NCBI GenBank assembly: GCA_964602915.1
Contig: CAZRTB010000003.1
Span: forward strand, 146,809-210,808
Length of the DNA stretch: 64,000 nucleotides
Reading direction: 5' to 3'
Source of the DNA: an uncultured Gammaproteobacteria bacterium
GTDB taxonomy: Bacteria; Cyanobacteriota; Vampirovibrionia; 2-02-FULL-35-15
A model generated the notes under the pieces. It was not told the DNA's origin. It saw only the letters and a program-made list of their open reading frames with translations, and ran no database searches. Each line of letters opens with the position of its first letter. Position 1 is the stretch's first letter. The position numbers were made by a program, and so were the translations under genes. Shown here piece after piece: positions 61,501-64,000 of this stretch.

Positions 61501-64000
61501 GTAACAGGAAACTGTACGAATAATTCCCAATGCACTTCTGGTCAGCTTTGTACTAACAACAATTGTTCATGCCCTCAAGGTCAAATACTTTGCAATGGTC
61601 TATGTGTAACAGGAAACTGCTGTAATAGTTCTCAGTGTTCTGGTGGTCAGCTCTGTACTAATAACTCCTGTGCTTGCACCTCTGGTCAGATATTAGTGAA
61701 TGGTGTTTGTGTAACAGGAAACTGCACAAATAATTCCCAATGTACTTCTGGTCAAACATGTTCAAACAATAATTGCTCATGTCCTCAAAACCAAATACTC
61801 TGCAACACTTCATGCGTAACAGGTAATTGTTGTTCAAATTCTCAATGTACTTCTGGTTTAACTTGTTCAAATAATTCATGCTCATGTCCTCAAGGTACAA
61901 TCCTCTTAAATGGAACATGCATTCCAGGGAATTGTATAACTGCAAGCAATTGTACTTCCGGTCAAATCTGTGTAAGCAATAACTGTGCTTGCCCATCAGG
62001 TCAAGTGTTAGTAAATGGTACCTGCGTCCCAGGTAACTGTACAACTAATGCTCAATGTACATCTGGTCAGATTTGTACCAATAATACTTGTTCATGCACT
62101 TCAGGTCAGATTTTAATTAATGGTACTTGTGTTGCTGGATGCACAACAAACTCTAACTGTACATCTGGTCAAATATGCACAAACAACATTTGCCAATGCC
62201 CATCAAATCAAATTCTCTGTAACAATGCATGCTTAAACGGTAACTGTTGTACCAACTCACAATGCACTTCTGGTCAGATTTGTACAAATAACTCATGTTC
62301 ATGCACTTCAGGAACAGTTTTACTAAATGGGGTTTGCCAAACCGGAAATTGTATAACTAATGCACAGTGCACATCAGGGCAAATCTGCATCGGCAACTTA
62401 TGTACAAACCTTATCCCTCCAGTAATCACTTCACCTTCAGATAACTCCTCTACAAATGACAACACTCCAAATATATCTGGAATAGCACTCCCTGGAGCAA
62501 CAGTAAATGTATATGATGGAATGACATTACTAGGAACAACAATAGCTGACGTAAATGGTTCATGGACATTTACTCCATCGACACCACTACCTGATGGTGT
62601 TCATCAATTTAGTGCAACTCAAACAGTAAATCCAACAAGTGGATTTTCAAATGTAGTTAATACTACAGTTGACACTTCTTCACCAGCACCAACAATTACT
62701 TCACCTGTAAATAATTCAACAACAAATGACAATACCCCTACAATTACCGGAATGGCTGAAGCTAATTCTACAGTTCAGGTTTTTGAGGGAGTAACTCTGC
62801 TAGGATCTGTAATGGCCGGAGGGGGGGGTAACTGGTCATTAACTCCATCATCAGCACTATCAGATGGAAGTCACACAATATTTGCTAAAGCTACTGATGT
62901 TTTAGGTAACGTAAGTCCAAATTCTTCTAACACTACATTTAGTATTGATTCAAGCGCTCAAGCACCAACAATCACTTCACCTTCAAACAATTCAACAACA
63001 AATGACAATACCCCAACAGTCTCTGGTATGGCTGAAGCTAATTCTACAGTTAACATATACGATGGAATGACATTGCTTGGTATGACTACTGCAGACAATT
63101 CTGGGAACTGGTCATTCACCAGCGGTATTTCACTCGGCGATGGTGGACATCCTATCTCAGCAAACTCAGTAGACATTGCAAATAATACAAGTCCATTTTC
63201 TAATACAGTAAATATTATTATTGATACAACTCCACCTATACCCCCTGTAATTACTTCACCTACAAACGGCTCAACGACTAATGACAACACTCCAACAATT
63301 ACCGGAAATGCAGAAGCTGGATCAACTGTTCAAATCTTTAATGGAATGACATTAATCGGAGCTACTACTGTAGATCAAAATGGTTCATGGTCATTTACAC
63401 TAACAAATCCTCTGTCCGATGGAACCTATACATTTACAGCCACTGCAACTGACTCAGCAAACAACACCAGCGCTTCATCAACTGCAGTGACATTTACTAT
63501 TAACACTACTGTTTCAGCACCAGTAATCACTTCACCTTCAAACAACTCTACAACCAATGACAACACTCCAACAATTATGGGTACATCACAACCAAATGCA
63601 TCTATTGAAATATTTGATGGGGCAAATTCTCTTGGTATGACAACTGCTAACGGTTCAGGAAACTGGACATTCACGCCAGTCTCACCACTTGGAGATGGAA
63701 CTCATCAGTTCATTTCAAGAGCAACTTTCAACTCAGTTCTCAGTCCATTCTCTAACATTGTAAATGTAACAATTGACACCGTAATTCCAAATCCTCCAGT
63801 AATTAATTCTCCATCTAACAACTCTATTACCAATGACAACACTCCTTCAGTATCTGGAATAGCTGAAGCCAACTCTACAGTAACCATTCTTATTGACGGA
63901 AACAATCTATTTGGAACGACAATGGCTGATGGAAGCGGGGCATGGTCATTCACTCCAATTAATCCATTATCAGATGGATCACATATATTCTTAGCAATAG
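55507..64000 (+). CDS. Giant secreted Cys-rich, LamG and Ig-repeat surface protein (3' partial, over 2830 aa; not in track)
   Basis: Frame +1 is open from ATG 55507 to the window end; signal-peptide-like MNKGTKLKIFKGILSVFFIILINFPTFA; CIDGIDNDGDGYIDGNDPSC loop; domains listed separately. Confidence 0.95.
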   Translation, partial: MNKGTKLKIFKGILSVFFIILINFPTFALFDVNVKNLFHIPGLNITFKLDAPQNQLAYAQIITSNACIDGIDNDGDGYIDGNDPSCLSVLGTSESPVNSAPNCINRVSVQDEYSLLKANTDVYFHRTSHHPNDNDWVIASDNKPWGNALVTDLDLAQFPLPQNGIPTTPKALVIVGSNVYLHNDLRDFVTNDWISLNFNKPWGNSVLTSVSLAHYNTLANTYIRGLVSTANMVYYFTTKPGTAYPANTWVDVSDNLPWASAIIKDADISGQGNAILTIPTGVIYVHDNIESITTSNWAIGANQVSSSGAQRIDLEFRPGIASNQSNVFYSLAPAFPGYPWTSINDNKPWGNSLIDDVSVFFWSQVEPWNTPAVTQIVAGNKPYYHLMPEAISTDNWFDDSDNQPWNLVGGACNPCSNNQIYCNNTCVDGNCCSNANCTSGQTCSNYTCQCPVGQIYCGGMCVNGYCCSNADCPSGTSCTGNTCVLNTSGSCPQNTNVYNFSVSCPTSAQLCTTQGSTTINLINSSPLTFTYTTPNSHCSSVRIYVRVDGNLITTSPYLGYLGDPQNRPRTFGPVNLGTYPAGNHTITIQAEGTPGGCNTGTLASWGGTAIVSALYNCNCPGGQISCSNVCVTGNCCTNAQCTSGQTCTNNSCSCPPGQILCNGVCMVGNCCTNTQCTSGQTCTNNSCSCPPGQILCNGVCTLGNCCTNAQCTSGQTCTNNSCSCPPGQILCNGVCTLGNCCTNAQCTNGQLCLNNTCTNPAPCNILGYWKYDEAQTNTTASDSSTNNNNGTYFNMPQTSTDVPVLMFANSASRRFFGSQYVEFINEPFFDFNNLEDLTISAWVKQDTIKSALLNQVILGKGRNYQLSIKGNTILFSYSSNGTTFNEVYTANANLQANAWQHIVVKYKICDGSSIRVFKNGILQSGAWTTGTGSNAVFLNNDPLVSGASKISGVLADYLQQYTYLDDIRIWRRALSDCEIQSLSAGNDITCPPNNCPVCQSGQILCNSTCVNGNCCNNNQCPGGQVCSSNVCVPGTCPNINAYADEITANSPVVANLPTDVLGNPNLMSADFDTNGAQNGFVTVMFNGNHKIIDLSGNDLAIHLVDFYTAEPSEGFEVLVSNNGVNFVSLGTRNPTLTTSQPTVESFDLAGSGLTEAIYVTVRNLSNQNLTHIGPDIDAIEAIHTASCQCLPGQIICNGSCITGNCCSNANCTSGQICSNNICTCPNGQVLVNGMCITGDCSTNAQCTSGATCTNNSCTCPQGTVLANGVCIPGNCTTNAQCTSGLLCINNNCSCPPGQIIVNGQCIPGDCITQSQCTSGQSCIGNSCTCPFGQILVNGMCIPGNCATNADCTSGQVCINNICSLTSSGCQSGQLMCSNSCVTGNCCTNADCTSGQTCSNNACSCPQGQILVNGMCIPGDCTTNSNCTSGQVCLNNNCTCPQGQILVNGMCVPGNCVNNSQCTSGQTCVNNSCTCTSGQILVNGACIIGDCTTNAQCTSGQFCLNNNCTCPNGQILCNGSCVTGTCCSSNQCSGGQLCTNNTCACPQGQILVNGVCVTGNCTNNSQCTSGQLCSNNNCSCPSGNILCNNSCTQGNCCSNANCTSGLICLNNSCTCPSGTILLNGVCIPGNCITVNDCTSGQVCLSNNCSCSYGQIFVNGMCITGNCTTNAQCSSGQVCTNNICSSTTTSSSGSTTSSSSGTGCLGGQVLCNNVCVNGNCCANVDCTSGQICSNNSCTCPQGQIFVSGMCITGTCTTNSQCTSGQICSNNSCTCPSGTILVNGICVPGNCLTNSQCTSGQVCSNNNCSCPQGQILINGLCIPGDCVTQSQCTSGQSCISNTCTCPSGQVLVNGMCVPGNCVTSAQCTSGQICINNICSISSSGCPQGQIFCSNSCVAGNCCSNSQCTSGQTCSSNLCSCPQGQILVNGTCVIGDCTSNSQCTSGQLCTNNNCSCPQGQVLVNGICIPGNCVNNSQCTSGQTCSNNNCVCTSGQILVNGVCVTGNCTNNSQCTSGQLCTNNNCSCPQGQILCNGLCVTGNCCNSSQCSGGQLCTNNSCACTSGQILVNGVCVTGNCTNNSQCTSGQTCSNNNCSCPQNQILCNTSCVTGNCCSNSQCTSGLTCSNNSCSCPQGTILLNGTCIPGNCITASNCTSGQICVSNNCACPSGQVLVNGTCVPGNCTTNAQCTSGQICTNNTCSCTSGQILINGTCVAGCTTNSNCTSGQICTNNICQCPSNQILCNNACLNGNCCTNSQCTSGQICTNNSCSCTSGTVLLNGVCQTGNCITNAQCTSGQICIGNLCTNLIPPVITSPSDNSSTNDNTPNISGIALPGATVNVYDGMTLLGTTIADVNGSWTFTPSTPLPDGVHQFSATQTVNPTSGFSNVVNTTVDTSSPAPTITSPVNNSTTNDNTPTITGMAEANSTVQVFEGVTLLGSVMAGGGGNWSLTPSSALSDGSHTIFAKATDVLGNVSPNSSNTTFSIDSSAQAPTITSPSNNSTTNDNTPTVSGMAEANSTVNIYDGMTLLGMTTADNSGNWSFTSGISLGDGGHPISANSVDIANNTSPFSNTVNIIIDTTPPIPPVITSPTNGSTTNDNTPTITGNAEAGSTVQIFNGMTLIGATTVDQNGSWSFTLTNPLSDGTYTFTATATDSANNTSASSTAVTFTINTTVSAPVITSPSNNSTTNDNTPTIMGTSQPNASIEIFDGANSLGMTTANGSGNWTFTPVSPLGDGTHQFISRATFNSVLSPFSNIVNVTIDTVIPNPPVINSPSNNSITNDNTPSVSGIAEANSTVTILIDGNNLFGTTMADGSGAWSFTPINPLSDGSHIFLAI
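55840..56730 (+). repeat. About 6 W-x4-DNKPWG repeats, probable beta-propeller
   Basis: WVIASDNKPWGN, WISLNFNKPWGN, WVDVSDNLPWAS, degenerate WAIGANQV, WTSINDNKPWGN, WFDDSDNQPWN. Confidence 0.65.
56749..58602 (+). repeat. Three short blocks of 35-aa 8-Cys repeats
   Basis: 2 units at 56749-56958, 4 at 57361-57780, 1 at 58498-58602; unit CPPGQILCNGVCTLGNCCTNAQCTSGQTCTNNSCS. Confidence 0.95.
57793..58470 (+). other. LamG-like jellyroll domain within the giant protein
   Basis: GYWKYDE...ASDSS, TISAWVK, WQHIVV, FKNG, LDDIRIWRRALS..EI. Confidence 0.9.
59071..62406 (+). repeat. Array of 31 Cys-rich 35-aa (105-bp) repeats
   Basis: Hand translation: 9 eight-Cys and 22 six-Cys units, three Ser/Thr/Gly linkers; unit 29 is 34 aa. 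Confidence 0.95.
62413..64000 (+). repeat. Bacterial Ig-like repeats (Bap/SiiE type), 5 complete plus most of a sixth
   Basis: P.ITSP.N.STTNDNTP...G.AE..STV.I.DG...G...A...G.W.FT....L.DG.H units of 90-93 aa. Confidence 0.92.

Noticed and set aside
59071-62406. 105-bp array as CRISPR or a DGR template/variable region
   Set aside because: It is an in-frame coding repeat varying mostly at synonymous sites, with no unique spacers, cas genes or reverse transcriptase in the window.
58167-63953. Minus-strand track ORFs in the last 6 kb
   Set aside because: Antisense shadows of the giant plus-strand gene.
1-64000. Alternative genetic code, prophage or IS element
   Set aside because: Core genes are intact under the standard code; no transposase, integrase or phage structural motifs seen.

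Overview
AT-rich bacterial chromosome segment. Several proteins read as cyanobacterial-type (Hik33/NblS-like kinase, MetH, TyrS, glyQ without glyS) and there are no photosynthesis genes, so a non-photosynthetic cyanobacterial relative (Melainabacteria/Vampirovibrionia) is my inference. The window holds about 50 CDS. Most are housekeeping genes (alr, purH, glyQ, def, proC, tyrS, pyk, aroF, mazG, hslO, metH, glpK, kdsC, Lpt-like, HtrA, an ANTAR two-component pair), interspersed with orphan proteins and 4 tRNAs (Thr-GGT, Ser-CGA, CAT, Gly-GCC). Highlights: (1) a giant secreted protein absent from the ORF track (55507 to beyond 64000, over 2830 aa) with a beta-propeller-like head, LamG and other beta-sandwich domains, 38 copies of a 35-aa Cys repeat in which one Cys pair is always gained or lost together, a duplicated 14-unit super-repeat, and Ig-like repeats; (2) a 30-bp intergenic hairpin in three copies whose inner stem differs in sequence but is always fully paired, with two copies bracketing tRNA-Thr in inverted orientation; (3) effector-like orphans (membrane AAA+ ATPase, HEAT-subtilase, small proteins sharing an EKRNExF motif, sigma28-like promoters). 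I saw no CRISPR array, transposase or integrase. All family calls come from reading motifs by eye; no database search was run.
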